From an archaeon (GTDB lineage: Archaea > SpSt-1190 > DYHY01): DNA of 56,640 nt. The stretch is from the NCBI GenBank assembly GCA_043803745.1, contig JAZDJS010000036.1:1-56640 (forward strand). Reading direction: 5' to 3'. The position numbers and the translations under genes are program-made. The notes under the pieces were generated by a model. That model was given only the letters and a program-made list of their open reading frames with translations. It was not told the DNA's origin and made no database searches. This document shows, in pieces, positions 28,065-35,652 of the stretch. Every line of letters begins with the position of its first letter. Positions within the stretch are counted from its first letter, which is position 1.

Positions 28065-29054
28065 ATGGCGGAATCCCTTTTCTTCTACCTTGTCGGCGGA
28101 ATCATTCCGAAGAAACAGCGCGAGAGTTTCAGGAAACTCCTCTTATATTCCGGAATCAGCGAGGATCCCCAGCATTGGTGGGGTCGCTCGATTTCCCTCT
28201 CGGCGGTTTCAGCGGCGGCGATTTTTGCAATTGTGACCTATCTCCTCCGGCTCCCGCAAATCTATGTCTACCTTTCCGCCCCGGTCGGTTTCGCGGTTTC
28301 CGCGCTCCTTTTTTACGTTGTCATCTATGCCCGGGTTGAGGAGAGGCGCAAGCGCGTCGAACGGATTCTTCCGGACCTTCTCCAGATGGTTTCCGCAAAC
28401 ATCCGGTCAGGACTCACGCCGGTCGTTGCGCTTCGGACGTCGGCCCGCCCGGAATTCGGAATACTCGAGGAGGAGATAAAGTACGCAACAACCAAATCCC
28501 TCGGGACCGAAAACCTGACTGATGCCCTGAAGGAAATCTCCCGGAGGATTGACTCGGAAGTCCTCGAGCGGGTCGTCGCCCTTTTTTCGGCAAGCATGAA
28601 GAGCGGGGGGAAGCTTGCGCGCCTCCTTGAATCAACTGCCGAGGACATCCGGAAGGGTCAGGAGCTCAAAGCCGAGCTTGTCACAAGCACGAAGATGTAC
28701 GTCATGTTCGTCCTTTTCGTCGTTACCGTGGGCACGCCGGTCCTACTCGCAATCTCCCTCCAGTTCATTGACATGGTTTCAGCTCTCCAGGCAAGCACGA
28801 ACGCCTCTTCGGCGGGCGCGGCAGCCCTCGGAGGCCTTGGGGTTTCAATCAACCTCAGCAGAAGCTTCCTCCTCCAGATTTCCTATTTCATCCTTGTAGC
28901 GAACGGGCTCCTTTCCGCGGTTCTTGTCGGAGTCATCCAGGAGGGAAGGCCGATGAGCGGGCTGAAATACGCGCCCTTCGTTATCGCAGGCTCTCTAGGG
29001 ACCTTTTTCGTTGTCCAGAACTACGTCCTGAAAAGCATCCTTTCGGTTGCCTAA
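28065..29054 (+). CDS. Second type IV pilus membrane platform protein (TadB/TadC family)
   Basis: LPDLLQMVSANIRSGLTP..AL..SARPEFG.L.EE, SGG.LA.LLE, GVIQEG; TM helices. Confidence 0.9.
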   Translation: MAESLFFYLVGGIIPKKQRESFRKLLLYSGISEDPQHWWGRSISLSAVSAAAIFAIVTYLLRLPQIYVYLSAPVGFAVSALLFYVVIYARVEERRKRVERILPDLLQMVSANIRSGLTPVVALRTSARPEFGILEEEIKYATTKSLGTENLTDALKEISRRIDSEVLERVVALFSASMKSGGKLARLLESTAEDIRKGQELKAELVTSTKMYVMFVLFVVTVGTPVLLAISLQFIDMVSALQASTNASSAGAAALGGLGVSINLSRSFLLQISYFILVANGLLSAVLVGVIQEGRPMSGLKYAPFVIAGSLGTFFVVQNYVLKSILSVA

Positions 29055-29158
29055 CGGCTTGCTTGAGTTCTGCCTTTTCCAAGGAATCCGGCTTTTCCTG
29101 ACTTTTGGATTAAAAAAGGGCAGAATAGGATAAATAGGGGTTTGTAGTAATTCTCCCC

Positions 29159-29647
29159 ATGGCGAAGCAAAAGGGACAGGGGCGAACAGCCCAAGCGTCC
29201 ACGGAGTATTTGATAATACTGGCAGTCGTCGTAATCGTCGCACTGGCAGTAGTCGGAGTGTTGGGGGGTTTCCCGACGGTATCCAAGGGAATCTCGGAAA
29301 AGGATTCGGCGACATACTGGCAGTCCGCGGATATCGGAATTGTCCGGTATTTCTCGAACTCGACCGGGACCTACGGGATTGTCAGGAACAACAAGAATTT
29401 TGCAATCTCAATAACCTCGGCAACGGCTCTATACAACGGCTTTGACGGTTCGTCAATCTCGCTTTCCCCAGGCGAAAGCACAACCGGATTCAAGATGATT
29501 TCGAACTCAACTGGCGCGATGTGCGCAACAGCCGGAACTGGTTCCTTCACAGTTGCAGTATCTGACCTTGGATTCGGCTACAGCGACCCGACCTACGGAA
29601 CAATCTACAACTTCACCGGGCTAAAGCCGCTGATTGGTTCCTGCTAG
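29159..29647 (+). CDS. Major pilin paralog 1 (class III signal peptide)
   Basis: RTA-QASTEYLIILAVVVIVALAVVGVLGGFP; ends GLKPLIGSC. Confidence 0.9.
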   Translation: MAKQKGQGRTAQASTEYLIILAVVVIVALAVVGVLGGFPTVSKGISEKDSATYWQSADIGIVRYFSNSTGTYGIVRNNKNFAISITSATALYNGFDGSSISLSPGESTTGFKMISNSTGAMCATAGTGSFTVAVSDLGFGYSDPTYGTIYNFTGLKPLIGSC

Positions 29648-29667
29648 GGAAATCTAGGTAGCTAGGC

Positions 29668-29697
29668 GGGGGAGAAATCCCCCAATTTTTATTTTAT
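29668..29697 (+). terminator. Hairpin plus T-rich tract after pilin 1
   Basis: GGGGGA-GAAA-TCCCCC followed by AATTTTTATTTTAT. Confidence 0.6.
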
Positions 29698-29714
29698 CCG
29701 GTCCAGCCGGAGGA

Positions 29715-30251
29715 CTAGTTATCGAAAACCTGCTGGCAGGCGTAGTTTATTGCAGCTCCGACAGTCAGGTAAAAAGTCGGTTCTTCGGCAGCCGCCGGGT
29801 GTTTGAAAGCGTAGAGAACAGCGGCGCCAACATCCAAAGACGGCCCGACCCAGGCAACAGTTCCCCGTCCCTGAACTGAAAGTTCCCCTTCGGATTTTCC
29901 GGATTCGTACGAAGAATAGCCTTCAAATCCCTCGAAAACGGTTCCCTTTTTCCCGCGGAGCTTGGAAGTTTCCGGAAGCTCAAGCTCAATCTTCTCAAGC
30001 TCGAAAAGGCCTTCAGAATCCCTCGCGAACGCAAGCTCGACTGAAACCGCCCAGGGAAGGTCCTTTAGGCGAACAGTCAACTCATCAGTTTCCCGGTCGT
30101 ATTCTATTTTCTCCGAAAAACGCCTGCCGGAAACTTCCTCAACCCCCTTTATCCCATCGGGGTGCCTTTTCTCAAAATTGGCAAAATATTCCCGCGCATC
30201 AGCAACAACCTCGGCAAGCTTTTCAGGGCCGATATATTCGGAAGCGGTCAT
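29715..30251 (-). CDS. Hypothetical cytoplasmic protein (ORFan-like)
   Basis: 178-aa acidic ORF; minus-strand TTATAAA about 25 nt upstream. Confidence 0.75.
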   Translation of the reverse strand: MTASEYIGPEKLAEVVADAREYFANFEKRHPDGIKGVEEVSGRRFSEKIEYDRETDELTVRLKDLPWAVSVELAFARDSEGLFELEKIELELPETSKLRGKKGTVFEGFEGYSSYESGKSEGELSVQGRGTVAWVGPSLDVGAAVLYAFKHPAAAEEPTFYLTVGAAINYACQQVFDN

Positions 30252-30287
30252 CTAGGAATCATCCAAGACCACTTTATAATGATTTCA

Positions 30288-30345
30288 ATTTCACTCAATC
30301 CAGTAAAAAGGATATATACTAAATAAGGGCTGTTTTTCCCCATGG
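30288..30345 (+). repeat. Duplicated pilin promoter block, copy 1
   Basis: 57 of 58 nt identical to 31774-31831; contains AAAAAGGATATATA (BRE/TATA-like). Confidence 0.9.
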
Positions 30346-30827
30346 AAAAACGCGCGCAGTCGTCAACGGAATATTTGGTTATCCTTGCGGTTGTGGTAAT
30401 AATCGCCCTCGCAGTGGTCGGGGTCCTTGGAGGATTCCCAACACTGACAAAAGGGGTATCGACGAAGGATTCGCTAGCATACTGGCAGTCGGGAGAGGTT
30501 GGGGTTGAAAAACCATATCTCTCAACCTCGACAAACTCCACGCTCGTCCTCCGGAACAACCAGAATTTCGGGATAACGATAACGGGGGTCTTTTTCAACA
30601 ACGCGCCTGCGCAAAACGGGACGAACTCGAACCTGCCCGCAACGCTTTCGCCCGGTCAGACTGTAACCGTCCTGATGACTGCGAACTCGACGAACCCCTG
30701 CATCGGAACGACTGCAGGTTCTGCGACGTTCTCCCCAATCGTGAAACTAACCTACTACGACACCTCGGCAAATGCGAACACATACCAGTTCACCGGAGCA
30801 AAGCCCCTCGTAGGAACGTGCCAGTAA
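30342..30827 (+). CDS. Major pilin paralog 2
   Basis: KRA-QSSTEYLVILAVVVIIALAVVGVLGGFP; ends GAKPLVGTCQ. Confidence 0.92.
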   Translation: MEKRAQSSTEYLVILAVVVIIALAVVGVLGGFPTLTKGVSTKDSLAYWQSGEVGVEKPYLSTSTNSTLVLRNNQNFGITITGVFFNNAPAQNGTNSNLPATLSPGQTVTVLMTANSTNPCIGTTAGSATFSPIVKLTYYDTSANANTYQFTGAKPLVGTCQ

Positions 30828-31080
30828 TAGGCTCGGGACTTCGCTGAGGCTCAGCCTTTGGTTGGTATCCAGCTTCTTAGCTGGACCTCGCTACCGTTCG
30901 GCCTGTCAGTAAATAGACCAACCAAAGATTTCGCCTGAGGGCTCAACCCTTAGTCAGCACGTGCCAGTAAGTCAACTGCCGACTACTGACCTCGTCCGGC
31001 TTCGGTCTTACTCGGCCGTTGGTTGGAACGATTCGCAGACCACCTTAGGCGGTCCGGCCGGTCCTCGGCTTGCCGGTATG
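30828..31080 (+). repeat. Array of recoded pilin 3'-end copies and hairpins (array A, 3 copies)
   Basis: Copies at 30849-30912 (34-nt insert), 30941-30970 (AQPLVSTCQ*) and 31010-31079 (40-nt insert, degenerate). Confidence 0.85.
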
Positions 31081-31124
31081 TCGCTACCATCAACCTCACT
31101 GCCTTCCCGCCTTTTTCTGAGCGC

Positions 31125-31700
31125 CTATCCTGGATATTCAAGCCCCGCATTCCTTTCGGCAATGTCAAGCCGCTCAAGGGCAAAGTGAGCGCCCAGGTTT
31201 GCAATCGGGTCTCCCGGAGCGAAGGAGAGCCTCACGAAATAAAGGTCTTTCTGGTTCCCTTCCCAGGCCCTGAGCCTGAGTGGAAGGCTGCCTTCGCCTT
31301 GGACCAGTTCAGTTTCCCCAAAGCCAATTGATTCCCGATATCCCCAGGCCGAGAAAGCGTCAACCAGAAGCGCCTCGACCTCCTCGACAGGCCCGTAATA
31401 GGCAAGGCTTATTTCGCGCAGCCTAAGCTCTTCGCCGATTTTCCCGAAAATTGCCGCAACATGTTCTTCTCTCTCCGGAATATCCTCAATCCGGTCGCTT
31501 TCCCTTGCGGTTGAAACATAGATGCAACCCGCGTATTCCTTATGGGGAGCGTCTCCCAATACAAACCCTTGCAGACAAGTCCCTTCCTTATATTTCGTCC
31601 TGACGTCCTTAGCCGAATCGTCAAGCAACAGGGTCGCCATTCCTTTCGCCCTTGCCAAAAACTTCCGGGAATCGGTTTTCCTGCTAGTAACAACTGTCAT
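31125..31700 (-). CDS. Hypothetical cytoplasmic protein (ORFan-like)
   Basis: Long ORF; ATG 31700 lies about 26-32 nt below a minus-strand TTTAAAA at 31732-31726 (the track uses GTG 31718). Confidence 0.7.
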   Translation of the reverse strand: MTVVTSRKTDSRKFLARAKGMATLLLDDSAKDVRTKYKEGTCLQGFVLGDAPHKEYAGCIYVSTARESDRIEDIPEREEHVAAIFGKIGEELRLREISLAYYGPVEEVEALLVDAFSAWGYRESIGFGETELVQGEGSLPLRLRAWEGNQKDLYFVRLSFAPGDPIANLGAHFALERLDIAERNAGLEYPG

Positions 31701-31773
31701 TGTCTTCTGGAGGACCACTTTGGAGTTTTAAACATATCTTCAATTTAACTGAAAATTTCCGTTTCGTCTCTAG

Positions 31774-31831
31774 ATTTCACTCAATCCAGTAAAAAGGATA
31801 TATACTAAATAACGGCTGTTTTTCCCCATGG
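31774..31831 (+). repeat. Duplicated pilin promoter block, copy 2
   Basis: 57 of 58 nt identical to 30288-30345. Confidence 0.9.
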
Positions 31832-32331
31832 CAAAGAGCAAAGGACAACAGTCCAGAGGACAATCGTCAACGGAATATTTGGTTATCCTTGCGGTTGTGG
31901 TAATAATCGCCCTCGCAGTGGTCGGGGTCCTTGGAGGATTCCCAACACTGACCAAAGGGGTATCGACGAAGGATTCGCTAGCATACTGGCAGTCCGGGGA
32001 TATTGGCATTGAGCGCCCATATCTCTCAACCTCGACAAACTCCACGCTCGTCCTCCGGAACAACCAGAATTTCGGGATAACGATAACAGGCGTATTTTTC
32101 AACAACGCGCCTGCGCAAAACGGGACGAACTCGAACCTGCCCGCAACGCTTTCGCCCGGTCAGACGGTTGCAGTCCTAGTAACTGCGAACGCAACAAACC
32201 CGTGCAACGGGGGAAGTTCCGGCTCATCAACGTTCTCCCCGAGCGTGAAAATAACCTACTATGACACTTCATCCTCAGGGAACACATACCAGTTCACCGG
32301 AGCAAAGCCCCTCGTAGGAACGTGTCAATAA
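31828..32331 (+). CDS. Major pilin paralog 3
   Basis: SRG-QSSTEYLVILAVV...; long blocks nearly identical in nucleotide sequence to paralog 2; ends GAKPLVGTCQ. Confidence 0.92.
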   Translation: MAKSKGQQSRGQSSTEYLVILAVVVIIALAVVGVLGGFPTLTKGVSTKDSLAYWQSGDIGIERPYLSTSTNSTLVLRNNQNFGITITGVFFNNAPAQNGTNSNLPATLSPGQTVAVLVTANATNPCNGGSSGSSTFSPSVKITYYDTSSSGNTYQFTGAKPLVGTCQ

Positions 32332-32666
32332 TAGGCTCGGGACTTCGCTGAAGCTCAGCCTTTAGTTGGAACCTGCCAATAATCTGTTTGCCGACTACTG
32401 ACCTCGCTGAGGCTCAGCCTTTGGTTGATATCCAGCTTCTCAGCTGGACTTCGCTACCGTTCAGCCTGCTAGTAATTAGGCCAACCAAAGATTTCTCCAG
32501 TGCCCGCGGTTAACCCGATTTCGGGTGCGGGCACGGACCCTCTGAGGAGGGGCCGAAGCTCAGCCTTTGGTTGGTACCTGTCAGTAAATAGACCAACCAA
32601 AGATTTCGCCTGAGGGCTCAACCCTTAGTCTGAATTGTCCGCAGACAACCTTCGGCCTGCCAATAA
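32332..32666 (+). repeat. Array of recoded pilin 3'-end copies and hairpins (array B, 4 copies)
   Basis: Copies at 32353-32382 (AQPLVGTCQ*), 32412-32475 (34-nt insert), 32558-32587 (AQPLVGTCQ*) and 32616-32666 (21-nt insert). Confidence 0.88.
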
Positions 32667-32694
32667 GTCAGCAGCCAGCTAAAGACCTGGCTGG

Positions 32695-32734
32695 GGGGCG
32701 CGTGCGAGAACGCGCCCCGAGTTTTTCCTTTTTT
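32695..32734 (+). terminator. GC-rich hairpin plus T tract closing array B
   Basis: GGGGCGCGT-GCGAGA-ACGCGCCCC followed by GAGTTTTTCCTTTTTT. Confidence 0.65.
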
Positions 32735-33296
32735 AATTGACCGCCCTGAAAAGCTTCTCGATTCTCTTGCATTCTTCCAGGTCAAGCGCCTCGAGAACCC
32801 CGTAAACAATCGGCTTCAAGTCACCCCTGCCGTCGTCCCCAGCAACTCCTGCAAACTCAAGTTCAAGGAACGCCGGACTGAACGGGAATTTGTCAATTTC
32901 TGCAATTGCAATTCCTTTGGAATATCTCCTTCTCTCAACATATTTGACATCACGCTCGAACCCCGTCCCGATTAGCGCGGCTTCAATATTGGCAAGCGAG
33001 TCCCCAAGTCTGACCTGTGCGTGTATCATGCGCCCGTCCGGAAAGGAATACTGGACGCGGTCGCCCCGTTTTCCTCCGGTGCGGATAATGAGATCAGTCG
33101 TTTTTCCGACAAGGTGTCCGGGGCGGACTGAAACGGCACCTTGGGATTGCGCGGGCGCAGTGTAATCAAAAGGCCGGTCGAAAACGAGGTCAAGTTCAGC
33201 TGGCTTTACGCCCTCTCCAGAATATACCGCCGCGCCCGTCCCGAACGCAAGCTCCGAAAACCCCAGCCCGAAATAGGCATCTGAAATCCCCTTCAT
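32733..33296 (-). CDS. Hypothetical cytoplasmic protein
   Basis: 187-aa ORF with minus-strand TTATAAA upstream. The C-terminal half (IEAAL...GF.....VERRRY...IDKFP....FLELE) is faintly reminiscent of CYTH-like proteins, unverified. Confidence 0.7.
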   Translation of the reverse strand: MKGISDAYFGLGFSELAFGTGAAVYSGEGVKPAELDLVFDRPFDYTAPAQSQGAVSVRPGHLVGKTTDLIIRTGGKRGDRVQYSFPDGRMIHAQVRLGDSLANIEAALIGTGFERDVKYVERRRYSKGIAIAEIDKFPFSPAFLELEFAGVAGDDGRGDLKPIVYGVLEALDLEECKRIEKLFRAVN

Positions 33297-33356
33297 TCAG
33301 CGCTCAGTTGTTCCCATTTTATAATAGCTCCCTTTTTTAAACCAAAAGCCGAGAAA

Positions 33357-33890
33357 ATGCCCGCCGTGACAGGACGAACTAAGAAACGGAATTACATTCT
33401 TTCTGCTGCTGAGAGGAATTTCAGGCCGGAGGAATATTACAAGAAGCTCCCTCTCAAGGAACTTGAAAGGGAGCTTGCGGCCGACTGGGTCCTGGCAAGC
33501 CTCCTTCCGGAAACTGTCCTTGTTCCTGCGACGGTCTTTTCGCAACTGACTGCGGAGCCGTTTTTCTCCCCGGACCTCCCGAACTATTCGAACATTGCGC
33601 ATTTCCACGTCTCTTTCGCAGTCGGGCAGGCTTGCGAGTTCCTTTCAGAACCGGGCGCCCGCCGTCTGTTCGCAGGAGCCTCTGCCGCGGTTTCAGGGGC
33701 AACCGAGGGACAGGATATTGCAACCGCATTCCCTGAAAAGCTCAACGACTCCCTGTTCGACGCGGCTGCCGATGTTTTCGGCTTCTATTTCGGGCTGAAA
33801 TACCAGGGAAAGGTTAACAGCCATTTCCGCAGCCTTGCCGGGAAATATTCCCGGGTATACCACGCGCCAGTCCTCGGAATGTGGAAATAA
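33357..33890 (+). CDS. Hypothetical protein
   Basis: 177-aa ORF divergent from the previous gene; TTTTAAA box upstream. Confidence 0.65.
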   Translation: MPAVTGRTKKRNYILSAAERNFRPEEYYKKLPLKELERELAADWVLASLLPETVLVPATVFSQLTAEPFFSPDLPNYSNIAHFHVSFAVGQACEFLSEPGARRLFAGASAAVSGATEGQDIATAFPEKLNDSLFDAAADVFGFYFGLKYQGKVNSHFRSLAGKYSRVYHAPVLGMWK

Positions 33891-33939
33891 TCCAAGATTC
33901 CGCGATTAAGTTAAATATTACAAAGCCGGAAACAGGGCT

Positions 33940-34410
33940 ATGACGAAGAAGCGCTCCCAAGCCTCAGTCGAATATCTCGTGATTCTTGCGGCAGTTGTGA
34001 TAATTTCCCTTGCAGTTGTAGGCGTCCTGACTGGTTTTCCCGCGCTTACCAGGGGGATTTCAACGAAGGAATCCCTTGCATACTGGCAGTCGGCAGACAT
34101 CGGGATTGAGAAGCCCTACATGAGCGTTTCAGCAACAGATGGAACAAGCACGGTCGTCCTCCGGAACAACCACAATTTCAACATCGTAGTCACCGACATA
34201 ACCTTCGGCGGGTCGGCTGTCGAGTACTCCGGCCTCCCGGCAACCCTGACGCCCGGCCAGACGAAAACCGTCGCCTTCGTTGCGCGGAACCCCTGTACAA
34301 CCCTGGGGAACACATATTCGATAAACGTCGCGGTGGTTTACCAGGATGCCTCGACAGGGAGCGCATACACCTTCTCCGGAACAAGGCCCCTTATCGGAAC
34401 CTGCCAATGA
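33940..34410 (+). CDS. Major pilin paralog 4
   Basis: KKRS-QASVEYLVILAAVVIISLAVVGVLTGFP; ends GTRPLIGTCQ. Confidence 0.9.
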   Translation: MTKKRSQASVEYLVILAAVVIISLAVVGVLTGFPALTRGISTKESLAYWQSADIGIEKPYMSVSATDGTSTVVLRNNHNFNIVVTDITFGGSAVEYSGLPATLTPGQTKTVAFVARNPCTTLGNTYSINVAVVYQDASTGSAYTFSGTRPLIGTCQ

Positions 34411-34475
34411 GAGGACGGGGGGCGGAAAAAGCAGTGGGTTTAAAAATATCGCAAGCGGGAGTTCCGCCTGCCGAT

Positions 34476-35588
34476 ATGGCCAAGACAATTGCGTTTTTCT
34501 CCGGAAAGGGCGGCGTTGGAAAGACCTTCCTTGCAACCTCCCTTGGCGCAGCCCTCGTTTCCGAATTCCGCAAGAGGGTCCTCCTTGTCGAGGGCAACCT
34601 TTCGAGCCCGGGGCTCGGGGTCTTCCTTAACATTGTAAAGCCTGCCGCGACAATCCAGGACGTTCTTTCGGGCGCGGTAACTCCGGAAAGGGCGGTTTTC
34701 CACCACGATAACGGGCTTGATGTCCTGCCCGGCGCGCTCTCAATTGGCAGGGAGGCCATTGATTTCTCAAGGCTTGGCGCGCTTTCCCCGGTTTTCCAGA
34801 ACTATGATTTCGTCATAATCGACGGAGCGGGGACGATAACCGATGGCGAGCTTAGTTTCGCAAGGATTTCGGATGAGGTTGTCGTTGTCGCAACCCCGGA
34901 CCTCCCGTCAGTCACCGGCGCAATGAAGCTTATCGGGACGCTGCAAGCCCAGGGGATTTTCGTCAGGGGGCTCGCAATTAACCGGATGCATCCCTCGGAC
35001 AAGAGGCACGAGCTCAAGGATTCTGAAATCGAAAGCTCGACAGGGCAGAGGGTTCTCCTGAAGCTTCCAGAGGATACTGCGGTTCCGCAAAGCACTGCCG
35101 CAAGAACGCCCGCAACGCTTTTCGCCCCGTTTTCCCCGGCAACGCTTGAAGTCAAGAATTTCGCAGCCGATTTTTCCGGGGTTCCGAGGCCTGAGAAACC
35201 ATCCCTTATGCAGAAGCTTTTCGGCGGAGGAAAGAGCGAGGTGAAACAAGCTTCCCCGATTTTGTCCCCGCATCTCGAGGGGATACGGAGCTCGGTTGTC
35301 TCTTCAGGAGTTCCTCCAGGGTCCCTAACGGGTTCCCCCCAGGTCCGCCCGGAAATTCAGAACCAACCTGTAAGCAAGCAAAGCCAGCCAATTCCGGCGC
35401 AGCCACAGGCGCAGCCACAGGCGCAGCCACAACAACCCGATGCTTCAGCCGGCTCTCCGGCAAGCCCCCCGGCAAGCCCCCCGGCAAGCCCGCAAAAATT
35501 AAAAGACGACTACATGCGGCAGTGGATGGAAGGGAAAATAACCCTTGACCAGATGATGGAAAAGATCAAGGAACTGGAGAAGAAATAG
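34476..35588 (+). CDS. MinD/ParA-family ATPase with Pro/Gln-rich linker and C-terminal SHOCT-like helix pair
   Basis: Deviant Walker A SGKGGVGKT, YDFVIIDG, VVATPDLPSVT, LAINR; ATG 34476 below TTTAAAAA. Confidence 0.9.
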   Translation: MAKTIAFFSGKGGVGKTFLATSLGAALVSEFRKRVLLVEGNLSSPGLGVFLNIVKPAATIQDVLSGAVTPERAVFHHDNGLDVLPGALSIGREAIDFSRLGALSPVFQNYDFVIIDGAGTITDGELSFARISDEVVVVATPDLPSVTGAMKLIGTLQAQGIFVRGLAINRMHPSDKRHELKDSEIESSTGQRVLLKLPEDTAVPQSTAARTPATLFAPFSPATLEVKNFAADFSGVPRPEKPSLMQKLFGGGKSEVKQASPILSPHLEGIRSSVVSSGVPPGSLTGSPQVRPEIQNQPVSKQSQPIPAQPQAQPQAQPQQPDASAGSPASPPASPPASPQKLKDDYMRQWMEGKITLDQMMEKIKELEKK

Positions 35589-35652
35589 TTCCGGATTCAT
35601 TCTAGTTAGCGAAGGAAAGAACAAAACAAACAATAAGGAGACGAAAAAGAAA

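Noticed and set aside
25217-29054. Archaellum (arlI/arlJ) operon
   Set aside because: Two separate TadC-like genes, no archaellins or ArlF/G/H cluster recognised; the filament subunits look like pilins.
30868-30901. Bulge-helix-bulge intron
   Set aside because: GGTA/TACC pairing exists, but two 3-nt bulges around a 4-bp helix cannot be drawn, and the pairing is weakened in the 32431 copy.
30828-32666. CRISPR array
   Set aside because: Units are degenerate and irregularly spaced, they translate to the pilin C-terminus, the spacers are shared between arrays, and no cas genes are present.
29159-34410. Diversity-generating retroelement (VR/TR pair)
   Set aside because: No reverse transcriptase in the window, the relics are only 24-30 nt, and the differences are synonymous rather than adenine-specific.
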